A DNA stretch of 64,000 nt from an uncultured Pseudomonadota bacterium (GTDB lineage: Bacteria > Pseudomonadota > Alphaproteobacteria > Rs-D84). Every line of letters begins with the position of its first letter. Within the stretch, counting starts at the first letter, position 1. The notes under the pieces were generated by a model. The model had not been told where the DNA came from. It was given only the letters and a program-made list of their open reading frames with translations, and did not search any database. Location: positions 159,211 to 223,210 of the forward strand of contig OOHM01000002.1 of the NCBI GenBank assembly GCA_900320405.1, in the 5' to 3' direction. The position numbers were made by a program, and so were the translations under genes. Of the stretch, positions 18,598-27,754 are shown piece by piece.

Positions 18598-19311
18598 ATG
18601 CGTAAATTATTGTTTGGAATTTTTGGTGTCATATTATGTGTCGGTGCGCACGCAGGCGAATTGGGTGTCGACACATCTGACCCGTTGTTTTTGCAATCGC
18701 GCAGTGGTTTTTTGTCCACAACAACTTTGGATTATTTTGATAACGGGTTGCGTTTGGGACAATATTTTTCATATGGTTTAACCGACCGTTTGGTGCTGGG
18801 CGGAAATCTGCATTATCAACAAGACTTTGACGGCCATGAAGATGGTTTTTCAAGTTTTGATGTCGGTGGAATTTATCGTTTGGGCGCGGCGGATGAAAAT
18901 TCTAATCATATAATTTATGATGTTTTGGTTGGACTGAAATTTGGTGGTTCACATCGTGTGCGTACGCCGGATTATGCAGATTCTACATATTATGCGGGGT
19001 TGCGTTTTGGACGGCAATATTCGGGTGTGACATTGGCCGCCACAATAAAATCCAGTTGGATTTTTGATGATGTTCCACGTGGTATGGCATTCATAGATTT
19101 CGTGCCCGAGGTTTATTTTCGTGTGAATAATAATTGGCGTATTGGTGGAAATATCGCATTTCGCAAGGCAACAAACGAACATTATGACGAAGAATCAATT
19201 GGAATAAAAATTGTTCGTGAATATGGTCGCACACAATATGTTGGTCATTTTGATTATGCGTTCGAGGCCGATGGAATCACAACCGGTTTGGCGATAAATA
19301 TATTATTCTGA
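18598..19311 (+). CDS. Predicted outer-membrane beta-barrel protein (C-terminal ...INILF), distantly similar to the preceding gene
   Basis: Signal peptide MRKLLFGIFGVILCVGAHA. Shares an LTDRLVLGG / ITDRFAVLLMG-type motif with the 17316 protein. Beta-strand periodicity. Confidence 0.5.
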   Translation: MRKLLFGIFGVILCVGAHAGELGVDTSDPLFLQSRSGFLSTTTLDYFDNGLRLGQYFSYGLTDRLVLGGNLHYQQDFDGHEDGFSSFDVGGIYRLGAADENSNHIIYDVLVGLKFGGSHRVRTPDYADSTYYAGLRFGRQYSGVTLAATIKSSWIFDDVPRGMAFIDFVPEVYFRVNNNWRIGGNIAFRKATNEHYDEESIGIKIVREYGRTQYVGHFDYAFEADGITTGLAINILF

Positions 19312-20589
19312 TGAATCTTGGTTGGCGCGTGCGCGCAATGCGTTCCAATATTCTAAACGCTTTTTAATTTCGCGTTCAAATCCACGTTCGATTGGGTGGT
19401 AAAATGTTTGCCGTGACATACTTTCGGGAAAACAGTTTTGACCACTGCATCCAGATTTTGTATCTGGGTCATAAACATAACCGCGGCCATATCCCATCTC
19501 TTTCATCATTTTTGTGGGCGCGTTCAAAATATTTTTCGGTGGCATTAAATTAGATGTCTGTTTTGCCACCGCATACGATGCCATTTTTGCGCGGTCAACC
19601 GAAACACTTTTTGGTGCGGTACCCAAATATATAACCAATTCGGTCAGGGCCAGGTCGCCTTCGGGACTGCCCATTCTTTCGTAAACCTGCCACGCAGCCA
19701 ATGCCAACTGCATTGCATTCGGGTCGGCCAGTCCGACATCTTCCATTGCAAAACGGGTAAGACGACGGAATATATACATCGGGTCTTGGCCCGCGGTCAT
19801 CATACGCGCAACCCAATACAATGCGGCGTCGGTATCACTGGCGCGCAGGGATTTATGAACCGCCGAAATCATATTGTAATGTTCATCGCCCGATTTGTCC
19901 GATAATGGCGCGCGTTTTTGAATAACAGAATCTAAATCATCGGGTGAAAGGTTCTTTTTGAATTTTGCCGATACCAAATATTCCGCCGTGTTTAATAAAA
20001 ACCGTGCGTCACCATCAGAAATTTCTGCAAGGTGTTTTTTTGCATCTGTATCCAGTGGTAATTTTTTACCCAAATGTTTTTCGGCGCGTTCAATCAATGT
20101 TAATAAATCCGCCGTATCCAATGGTTCAAGGACACCAATGTGACACCGTGACAATAACGCGTTGTTCAAATTAAAACTGGGGTTTTCGGTGGTTGCGCCA
20201 ATGAACACAACCGTGCCATCTTCCAGATATGGTAATAATGTGTCTTGTTGTGTTTTATTAAAACGGTGAATTTCATCAATGAACAACAATGTCCCACGCC
20301 CCAAGGTCGCATTTGTGCGCGCAACCTCCATCGTCTTTTTAATGTCGGCCGTGCCGGAAAAAACTGCAGACATGGGAACAAAATCCATATCGACGGAATT
20401 TGCCAATGCGCGCGCGATTGTTGTTTTTCCACACCCCGGTGGTCCCCATAATAACAAATTAGATAATTTTTTATTATCAACCATACGGCGGATGATGCCG
20501 TTTTCACCCAATAACGCCCGTTGACCTACAACTTCGTCAATTGTGTTCGGGCGCATAATATCCGCCAATGGTCGTGTTGTATTAGACAT
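19303..20589 (-). CDS. rarA: Replication-associated recombination protein A (RarA/MgsA AAA+ ATPase)
   Basis: LLWGPPGCGKTT Walker A, LFIDEIHRFNK Walker B/sensor, and C-terminal MgsA domain. Confidence 0.9.
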   Translation of the reverse strand: MSNTTRPLADIMRPNTIDEVVGQRALLGENGIIRRMVDNKKLSNLLLWGPPGCGKTTIARALANSVDMDFVPMSAVFSGTADIKKTMEVARTNATLGRGTLLFIDEIHRFNKTQQDTLLPYLEDGTVVFIGATTENPSFNLNNALLSRCHIGVLEPLDTADLLTLIERAEKHLGKKLPLDTDAKKHLAEISDGDARFLLNTAEYLVSAKFKKNLSPDDLDSVIQKRAPLSDKSGDEHYNMISAVHKSLRASDTDAALYWVARMMTAGQDPMYIFRRLTRFAMEDVGLADPNAMQLALAAWQVYERMGSPEGDLALTELVIYLGTAPKSVSVDRAKMASYAVAKQTSNLMPPKNILNAPTKMMKEMGYGRGYVYDPDTKSGCSGQNCFPESMSRQTFYHPIERGFEREIKKRLEYWNALRARANQDSSE

Positions 20590-20683
20590 TTTATTATTAT
20601 CCGTTTTTGTGATATAATAATTCTATTAAATAAATAATGCCTTGGCAATTGCTAAATTTGCCGATTTATCAAGGGGGAAACAT

Positions 20684-22696
20684 ATGCGCGTATATGTAAA
20701 TATGGAAGACAAACGTTGGAAAAAATATAAAATAGATTTTGAAAAAATCGCCAATGCGACCGTTGGGAAAAAGTATGCTGATGCGGAAGTATCCATTACA
20801 TTGGTTGATGATAAATATATCAAAAAAATCAATAAAAAATATCGCGGTATAAACAAGCCGACAAATGTTTTGTCTTTTGAATTGGGGGACAGTGTTTTGT
20901 TGGGGGATATTTTTATATCAATTGATACCGTTGCCGCCCAGGCAAAAGAAGAGGCTATAACGGTTAATGAACATACCGCGCATATGGTGGTTCATGGTAT
21001 TTTACACCTGTTGGGGTATGACCATATTAAAGATACCGATGCAGAAAAAATGGAAAAGAAAGAAATTTCAATTTTGAAAAAATTGGGATATAAAAACCCC
21101 TATGCGGCGGATTCCGGTGTATGCAGCGATGAATTGTGTTGTCCGGGTGGACACACAATCGGTGCCTTCAAAAGATTTTTTGGGTCTGGATTTGGACGAA
21201 CCGTTTTATATATGTTATGTGGTGCGATTGCATCATTGGGTTTTGCGCCATTTTATATGTGGTGGGCAACCTTTGTTGGTATTTTGGGTGCATATTTGTT
21301 GTCGGTTAACGCTTTGCCGGGACATTCGTGGTTTGGAAAATTCTTTCGCGTGTTCCCGTTCAGTGCAGTATACGCAATGTCTATGTTTTGGTGGGTGTTG
21401 AACAGTATATATGTTGTTCCGGAATTGGCAAATCAGTTTGCCGTGTGGACTGTGCCGGGAATCATAGGTATCGGCATTATCGGTGGAATGATATTTTCGA
21501 TTCCATTTTTGGCAATTTCGGGCGCACGCGCAAATCCGGCGTGCCGGCCGTTTGTTTTCGCCGCAATTTGGACTTTGGTTTTATGGATGCGTGAATGGGT
21601 GTTCACCGGTTTCCCGTGGAATCCGATTTCAAACATTGCAATAGAAAATGTGTATATTGCAAATTCTATGTCATTGTATGGGGCGTTGGGGTTAACATTT
21701 GTGATAACTGGCATAATCGCGTCCGTGGCCGAGGTTATTAAAAATCGACGCAACGGATTAAATTGGTTGGCATTGATAATATTCATTATGTTCGGTTTGG
21801 TCGGTGTATTATATGGTGTGAAAAATATTCAGGTTGCGGGAAATTCCAATGTTGCACGCACCCCGATTGTGCGGATTGTGCAACCGGCGCAAAGTGCAAC
21901 ACAAAAGGCGACGCATTCGCGTGCCGCGGCAATTCAAAATGCAAATTATAACTTACAGGTAATGGCATCTTTGGCGGGTGCGGATGGGGAACACGAATTG
22001 GTCGTGTTTCCGGAAACGGCGTACCCGTTTGTTCTTGTGCCGGGTGATAAAATGTTCTTGTCCCAGGTATTATCTAAACCTATTATCATAGGTTCAAATT
22101 ATTTTTCAGACGAAAATTTATATAATTCTTTGATAATTGCGGATGCCGATGGCACGATTTCCAATGTATACAGTAAATCGCATTTGGTTCCGTTTGGCGA
22201 ATATCGGCCATTTGGAAATTTGATTCCTACGCCCGGTATGTTAACGCCGGGAATGGGACCAGAATTGATAAAAATGAATTTGGCAGGTTCAAAGTTTGTT
22301 TTTGCGCCGGCGATTTGTTACGAGGTTATATTCACCGATTCTTTGATTCCAAATGGAAAAACGCCGGACGCAATCATAAATATTACAAATGATAATTGGT
22401 TTGGAAAAACGCCCGGAACATATCAGCATCTGGATATGGTGCGGCGTTATGCAATTGAATCGGGCGTGCCGATAATTCGTTCAAACTATTCGGGTATCAG
22501 TGCATTCGTATTATCTGATGGAAATATTATTGCAAGTATTCCAATTGGACAACCCGGTGTCATAGACGGGTCTGTTTGGGGTGCACACAAAACAATGTAT
22601 CGTCTTTTGGGTCGTGATGCGTGGATGATAATGTTGTTGATTGTGTCGTGTTTGGCATCTATATGGATGTTCGATGTGTCCCGTCCGCGTGATTAA
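20684..22696 (+). CDS. Fusion ORF: endoribonuclease YbeY (N-terminal ~150 aa) joined in frame to apolipoprotein N-acyltransferase Lnt (TM domain plus C-N hydrolase domain)
   Basis: HGILHLLGYDH Zn-binding motif of YbeY, then a Cys-rich linker (SGVCSDELCCPGGH), then Lnt-like polytopic membrane and nitrilase-superfamily regions (E...K...C triad region: FPETAYP..., ...ICYEVIF...). No stop codon between the two parts. RBS agggggaa before the ATG at 20684. Confidence 0.78.
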   Translation: MRVYVNMEDKRWKKYKIDFEKIANATVGKKYADAEVSITLVDDKYIKKINKKYRGINKPTNVLSFELGDSVLLGDIFISIDTVAAQAKEEAITVNEHTAHMVVHGILHLLGYDHIKDTDAEKMEKKEISILKKLGYKNPYAADSGVCSDELCCPGGHTIGAFKRFFGSGFGRTVLYMLCGAIASLGFAPFYMWWATFVGILGAYLLSVNALPGHSWFGKFFRVFPFSAVYAMSMFWWVLNSIYVVPELANQFAVWTVPGIIGIGIIGGMIFSIPFLAISGARANPACRPFVFAAIWTLVLWMREWVFTGFPWNPISNIAIENVYIANSMSLYGALGLTFVITGIIASVAEVIKNRRNGLNWLALIIFIMFGLVGVLYGVKNIQVAGNSNVARTPIVRIVQPAQSATQKATHSRAAAIQNANYNLQVMASLAGADGEHELVVFPETAYPFVLVPGDKMFLSQVLSKPIIIGSNYFSDENLYNSLIIADADGTISNVYSKSHLVPFGEYRPFGNLIPTPGMLTPGMGPELIKMNLAGSKFVFAPAICYEVIFTDSLIPNGKTPDAIINITNDNWFGKTPGTYQHLDMVRRYAIESGVPIIRSNYSGISAFVLSDGNIIASIPIGQPGVIDGSVWGAHKTMYRLLGRDAWMIMLLIVSCLASIWMFDVSRPRD

Positions 22697-22699
22697 AAA

Positions 22700-22903
22700 T
22701 CATTGCTGAAAATATTTCAAAACCCACACCCGAATTGCCGATGACAAATTGTCACCCAATTTTCGCGTGTCATCTATTTCCGCGATAAGCGCGGCAACAG
22801 ATGTTTTACGCCTTTGTGCGATTTTATGCAGAGCCGTGATAAATTCGTCTTCCAATGAAACACTGGTTTGATGACCGGACAAAGATACAGATATTTTTTT
22901 CAT
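22700..22903 (-). CDS. Ribbon-helix-helix (CopG/Arc-like) domain protein
   Basis: MKKISVSLSGHQTSVSLEDEFITALHKIAQRRKTSVAALIAEIDDTR... matches a conserved small RHH family common in alphaproteobacteria. An alternative GTG start at 22918 is possible. Confidence 0.55.
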   Translation of the reverse strand: MKKISVSLSGHQTSVSLEDEFITALHKIAQRRKTSVAALIAEIDDTRKLGDNLSSAIRVWVLKYFQQ

Positions 22904-22904
22904 A

Positions 22905-23354
22905 TTATATTTTTCCACCGATTAGGCAATCCAGCATCGCGCGATACGGATCGTCATATTTCCTTAAAACATTTAATTCCAAATTGTCCAACATTGTGCA
23001 ATTACCAAAAGAATCAAATGCAAACCAAAATAAATCATTTTTGCCAAAAACGGTTTTTCCCCGCAATGCAACCAAATTGGTTAATTCGTTGTTCAATTGA
23101 AAAATATTTGGAATGGGATGTTTGCCGGGTTTCCCAAATTCGGCGGGTCCAAAAATATAACCATTACCAAATTTTATTCCCCCGCACATCATATACAGTT
23201 CGGTTATAAACCTTGGTAATATGGCGGCGCGTATTTTCTGTAAGTTCACATTCACAATATTTATTTTCCCAATTGGCGTTGGTGGCGCAAATGTCGCACC
23301 ACGCGATTTTAATGTTTCAATAAATTCTTGTTGTGTCATCATATTATGTTCCAT
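22905..23354 (-). CDS. Hypothetical protein with possible SMI1/KNR4 (SUKH)-like fold
   Basis: 149 aa. The LPRFITELYMMCGGIKFGNGYIFGPAEF segment resembles the SUKH-1 core, but this is a weak assignment from memory. Translationally coupled to the upstream gene. Confidence 0.4.
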   Translation of the reverse strand: MEHNMMTQQEFIETLKSRGATFAPPTPIGKINIVNVNLQKIRAAILPRFITELYMMCGGIKFGNGYIFGPAEFGKPGKHPIPNIFQLNNELTNLVALRGKTVFGKNDLFWFAFDSFGNCTMLDNLELNVLRKYDDPYRAMLDCLIGGKI

Positions 23355-23860
23355 TATGGCGCGCGGCGGTTTGATGCGATGTTCGCCGCCATTTGGCTAA
23401 GTCTATCTGATACCGCATTTCCGCCATTCCCAGATATTGTTGAATGTATCGGCATATATATTTTTTTTACCGGATTGGGCAACCAGATGGTTTCGTTGCC
23501 ATTTTGCTCAATAATAAACCGGTCTATGTTTTGTGATTGCGGAAATGTAAAGCACATAAATAAATTTTCTGTTTCCAATTTTCCGCCCCATATCAAAGGC
23601 ACGCGAAAACGTATCGATAAATTATCCGGAATTTCACGCCCCATAAGCAAACCCATAAATTCATCTCTATCAAGATTCATCATCGCCAATTCTTGGACAG
23701 AATCGGAAAGTGAACGCATAAATTCGCGACAAATGCCACGGTATTTTTGAAACCAATCGCGTTCAACCGGGGTAATGTGTGGTCGAATCTGGGTAATCGG
23801 CAAATCCGATATTTTCAAATCATTCAAACGTTTTTCGGCCGTGGCCTGGGTCCACTGCAT
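23354..23860 (-). CDS. Hypothetical protein (168 aa)
   Basis: Open frame with start/stop overlaps to both neighbours (operon-like coupling). No recognisable motif. Confidence 0.45.
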   Translation of the reverse strand: MQWTQATAEKRLNDLKISDLPITQIRPHITPVERDWFQKYRGICREFMRSLSDSVQELAMMNLDRDEFMGLLMGREIPDNLSIRFRVPLIWGGKLETENLFMCFTFPQSQNIDRFIIEQNGNETIWLPNPVKKIYMPIHSTISGNGGNAVSDRLSQMAANIASNRRAP

Positions 23861-24777
23861 TACTGTTTTCCTATGTAATTTGTGACAGTACTGATATATG
23901 TAGATACGGCGTCAAACAATTCCGCATCGTAATCGGCGGGTTTATTGTTTGGGTGTGTTGTTATGAATTCTTGGAATTCTTGAAGTGTTGCAAATGTTGA
24001 TATTGTGTCCGAATTTTCCGGTGTGTTGGGTGCGTTTATGATGCAACCGTGCACGTTTATATCACCCGCAGAATCGCCCAGTGTATCGTCAAAAACAGTA
24101 ATCATTGTTTGTAATGCGTCTGTGATATCTGTGGTTGAAACATTTTCAGAACATATCCAAACGGTTTGGTCGTATGATAACGCAACCACCGGTTTAACCA
24201 ATTTCCCAATACGCGCACATGGTTTTACGATATATCCGTTGTCTTCTAATATTTTTGTGATTTCCGCTGTATGTGATGGTTCAGATGACGTGGGCACCAT
24301 TATTTTCGGTTTTGGTGTGGGAACAGAGCGCGTGTCGTTTGGTGTTGGTTGGTTCCGTGATAAACCGGTCGGTGACATTGGGCGCACAACATCAATGTGT
24401 GGTGCCACCGGTTTCGCTGAATTTTGATCCTGAATCGGTTGGTGTACAGGTTTCGTTGGTTTATTCAGAGTCAGAATATTTGGTGTATCCGATTGTGGTG
24501 GTGGCGGCATTTGTGATGGTTCAATAAAAAATGTTTGCATTTTTTGTCGTGCCAACAGGTACAGTCCGGTCAGACCGATTATAATCGCGACAATAAGTGA
24601 TATATAAAAATCTGGCTTTATATTCGTACGGTATGCCTGAAGTTCTGAAAGGTATGCCCAATGCGCCGCAGAAAAGATGTTGAACCCATATTTAATGTTC
24701 ATCCAAAATGTTGCGGCCAACGTGATTGTCATTAGCCACAAAAGTCCCAATAAAAGATTACTAAATTTTTTTGTCAT
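23860..24777 (-). CDS. Hypothetical membrane protein: two N-terminal TM helices, Pro/Thr-rich linker, C-terminal globular domain
   Basis: MTKKFSNLLLGLLWLMTITLAATFW... and LIVAIIIGLTGLYLLA helices, then a PPPPQSDTP...PTPKPK linker. Confidence 0.5.
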   Translation of the reverse strand: MTKKFSNLLLGLLWLMTITLAATFWMNIKYGFNIFSAAHWAYLSELQAYRTNIKPDFYISLIVAIIIGLTGLYLLARQKMQTFFIEPSQMPPPPQSDTPNILTLNKPTKPVHQPIQDQNSAKPVAPHIDVVRPMSPTGLSRNQPTPNDTRSVPTPKPKIMVPTSSEPSHTAEITKILEDNGYIVKPCARIGKLVKPVVALSYDQTVWICSENVSTTDITDALQTMITVFDDTLGDSAGDINVHGCIINAPNTPENSDTISTFATLQEFQEFITTHPNNKPADYDAELFDAVSTYISTVTNYIGKQ

Positions 24778-24820
24778 TTCGCTTAAATTATATCACATTT
24801 ATGATAAAGTAAAAAGTGTA

Positions 24821-25501
24821 ATGATAAAAACAGACACCATTTTTGATGATATTGAACCATTTAAGGTTCTGTGGGTTGATGATGCGATTATTGATACCGC
24901 GGATTTGGCGCGTATGGCGGATGTTGCAATCGATTCCAGGGTGCCGTTTGTTTCAATGCCCGCCGGTTGTGTAAAGATTTTCTGGCCGTGGATAGAAGAA
25001 AAAAAGATAAAAATATTATCCCGGTTCAATTTTAATATTGAAAAAAAACAAGATGTCGATGTGGTTATGTCTGAATTTGCAGAACATATAACCACGATGT
25101 TTAGAACCGGCGCGGCGGGCGTCCAGGTGTTTGTTAAATGTTCCCAGATTTCAGAATTTGTTGATGCGTTGCGACACATTAGAAACGATTTGTTTTTTGA
25201 TAGATATCTGTCAATCGGTATAGATTTGGACGATATGGGAAATTCGGATTGGGATGATGTGTTTAATGCACTGTCGGTGATTCGACCGGATTCTATTTTG
25301 ATTTGTGGGTGTGCAGACAAATTTAATCCAAATTCTGGTTTTGCTGGGTGCGTGTTTGATATGTTGCAAAAGTGGAATACAGATGCAGATTTGCATTTAA
25401 TGTTCGGTAAAAATATGTTGCGTGTGACCCAGGTTTTGCGTTTGGTCGAAAAAATGCGGCCGGAAATATCAAAAAATATGCGTGTGTTCGTTGAAAAATA
25501 G
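24821..25501 (+). CDS. Hypothetical protein (~226 aa)
   Basis: Open frame. I prefer the ATG at 24821 (MIKTDTIFDD), which sits just downstream of the divergent minus-strand module. No confident domain. Confidence 0.4.
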   Translation: MIKTDTIFDDIEPFKVLWVDDAIIDTADLARMADVAIDSRVPFVSMPAGCVKIFWPWIEEKKIKILSRFNFNIEKKQDVDVVMSEFAEHITTMFRTGAAGVQVFVKCSQISEFVDALRHIRNDLFFDRYLSIGIDLDDMGNSDWDDVFNALSVIRPDSILICGCADKFNPNSGFAGCVFDMLQKWNTDADLHLMFGKNMLRVTQVLRLVEKMRPEISKNMRVFVEK

Positions 25502-25504
25502 ATT

Positions 25505-26134
25505 TTATTTATGGGTCAATATCATATATTTTGTGGCGTCTGTGTGTGCCATATTCTTTTTTTGATATCGTGTTTGAATTGTTTTGTGTTCCGAATCGGA
25601 AATTACCAGATTCGAATTTTTAACCTGTTCCGTAATCCAATCAAAGTATTCCCAATGGTCGGTGCCGATTATTATTTCGCCGCCGGGTTCAAGTTTTGTA
25701 CCCAATAAATTTAAGAATTCTGCGTTTAACAACCGGCGTTTTTCGTGCCGTGCCTTGGGCCACGGGTCCGGGTGCAGTACCCATATTGTTGAAAATTGGA
25801 ATTGGTTTTTATCCAGAATCAATCGTACATCGTCCGGCCAAATGCGAATGTTTTTATATTCGGGTTTAATTTTATTGTTTTCGTCACAAATGGCCGAAAG
25901 CAGGGCGGCAACCCCGTTTACAAACGGTTCTGCGCCAATGATGATTTTGTCGGGATTATCGGTTGCCAATTCGCAGATATGTTCGCCGGCCCCGAACCCA
26001 ATTTCCAAAATATCGTTTGTTTCCGATTCGTTTGGGGCAATTGTCGGCAATATGTTTTGTATCAGAAAATTTTTGCGTTCCGATAATTTTTTGCCGTGAC
26101 GGCGGCCAAATGTTCTTATTTCTTGTTTTTCCAT
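25505..26134 (-). CDS. trmB: tRNA (guanine46-N7)-methyltransferase
   Basis: EIGFGAGEH SAM-binding motif and the conserved TrmB core (HPDPWPKARHEKRRL). Confidence 0.88.
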   Translation of the reverse strand: MEKQEIRTFGRRHGKKLSERKNFLIQNILPTIAPNESETNDILEIGFGAGEHICELATDNPDKIIIGAEPFVNGVAALLSAICDENNKIKPEYKNIRIWPDDVRLILDKNQFQFSTIWVLHPDPWPKARHEKRRLLNAEFLNLLGTKLEPGGEIIIGTDHWEYFDWITEQVKNSNLVISDSEHKTIQTRYQKKNMAHTDATKYMILTHK

Positions 26135-26179
26135 ATATTTAGTATAAAATGCGAATGTCGAAAATACAAGGATTTGATT

Positions 26180-27754
26180 ATGAGAACCGGTTTAAGTGAA
26201 GATTTAATTGCACGCGTGTTGGGCGGGCTACCCAAATATACAATTGCGGAATTAGAGAAAAAGTTTCCGCCGCGTAATTTACCGGACGGTGCCATGGTGA
26301 CCCGTTTTGCGCCCAGTCCCACGGGTTTTATGCATATTGGGAATTTGTATGGCGCATTGATTGACTATAAATTGGCGCAGCAGTCAAACGGTGTTTTTAT
26401 GTTGCGTATCGAAGATACAGACACCAAGCGCGAGGTTGCCGGTGCGGTGGATGTTGTTAAAAACGCGATGCATCGTTTTGGACTTGAATATAATAATGAT
26501 GAAAAATACGGACCATATTATCAATCACAACGCAAAGAGATTTATCGCAGTGTCGCGGCGGAATTATTGCGCAGTGGACGCGCGTACCCGTGTTTTTTAA
26601 CCGCGGAAGATATGGAACGAATTCGCGGCGAACAATCATCGGCCGGCTTTGCCACCGGCATATACGGCGAATTTGCGCGTGATCGTGATATAGCCGCGGA
26701 AGATATTATACGGCATTTGGATAATGGCGATGTTCCATCGATTCGTTTGTATTCGACCGGCGACCCGGCACGGCGAATTTTCTGTAAAGACGCGGTTCGT
26801 GGGTCGATTGGGTTCCCAGAGAATAATGAAGATTTGGTTTTAATTAAATCAAATGATGGATTGCCAACTTACCATTTTGCGCACTTGGTTGATGACCATT
26901 TTATGCGCACTACGCACGTTGTTCGTGGTGAAGAATGGTTGCCGTCGTTGCCGTTGCATTACCAATTATTTAGAATGATGGGGTGGCAACCACCGGTTTA
27001 TATACATACGGCGACATTGGATAAAATAGATGGTGACACGGGCAAGCAACGCAAAATGTCTAAACGCAAAGACCCGGAATGTAATGTTGCGTTCTTTTTG
27101 AACGAAGGTTGGCCCGTGGGGGCGGTTATTGAATACCTGGGGAATATTTTGGCGTCGGGATATGAAGAGGCGAAATTAAAAGGCGCGGTCAAAAATTTCT
27201 GGGAATATGAAATGAAACCGAAAAAGATTCCAATGTCGGGCGCATTGTTTGATATGAAGAAATTGGAATGGTGGGCCAAGGAGTATATAGGTAGCATGGC
27301 CGTTTCTGATTTGGTAAAATCTGTGACCGATTGGGCAAATGAATATGGCGACGATAAACAGAAAATGCAGGTCGCAGACCAAAATTATTTAACCGCGGTT
27401 TTGGCGATTGAACGCGATAACCCAAAACGTGTGCGCAAAGATTTTATTACATGGAAACAAACATTGGAAATCGTGGAATTTTTCTGGGACGATTTGTTTG
27501 TGCCGAACGCGGAATACAAATATAACGCTGATGTATTGAATGCGTTTTTGGATACATTTAACATTGCGGATGATAAAGATACTTGGTGGAATAAAATTGT
27601 TGAAATCGCACAACGGTTCGGTGTTAAAAATGGTGATGTTGCGATGAATTTGCGTGTGGCGTTATCGGGCCGCACAAATACACCGGACCTGTATTCCATA
27701 ATCCAGGTTATGGGTGCGGATAGGGTGATTAAAAGGATAAAGGCGGCAAAATGA
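26180..27754 (+). CDS. gltX: Glutamyl-tRNA synthetase with a ~35-aa N-terminal extension (presumably non-discriminating, since GatCAB is present)
   Basis: VTRFAPSPTGFMHIGN (HIGH motif), RIEDTD and KMSKR motifs. RBS aagga before 26180. Confidence 0.88.
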   Translation: MRTGLSEDLIARVLGGLPKYTIAELEKKFPPRNLPDGAMVTRFAPSPTGFMHIGNLYGALIDYKLAQQSNGVFMLRIEDTDTKREVAGAVDVVKNAMHRFGLEYNNDEKYGPYYQSQRKEIYRSVAAELLRSGRAYPCFLTAEDMERIRGEQSSAGFATGIYGEFARDRDIAAEDIIRHLDNGDVPSIRLYSTGDPARRIFCKDAVRGSIGFPENNEDLVLIKSNDGLPTYHFAHLVDDHFMRTTHVVRGEEWLPSLPLHYQLFRMMGWQPPVYIHTATLDKIDGDTGKQRKMSKRKDPECNVAFFLNEGWPVGAVIEYLGNILASGYEEAKLKGAVKNFWEYEMKPKKIPMSGALFDMKKLEWWAKEYIGSMAVSDLVKSVTDWANEYGDDKQKMQVADQNYLTAVLAIERDNPKRVRKDFITWKQTLEIVEFFWDDLFVPNAEYKYNADVLNAFLDTFNIADDKDTWWNKIVEIAQRFGVKNGDVAMNLRVALSGRTNTPDLYSIIQVMGADRVIKRIKAAK

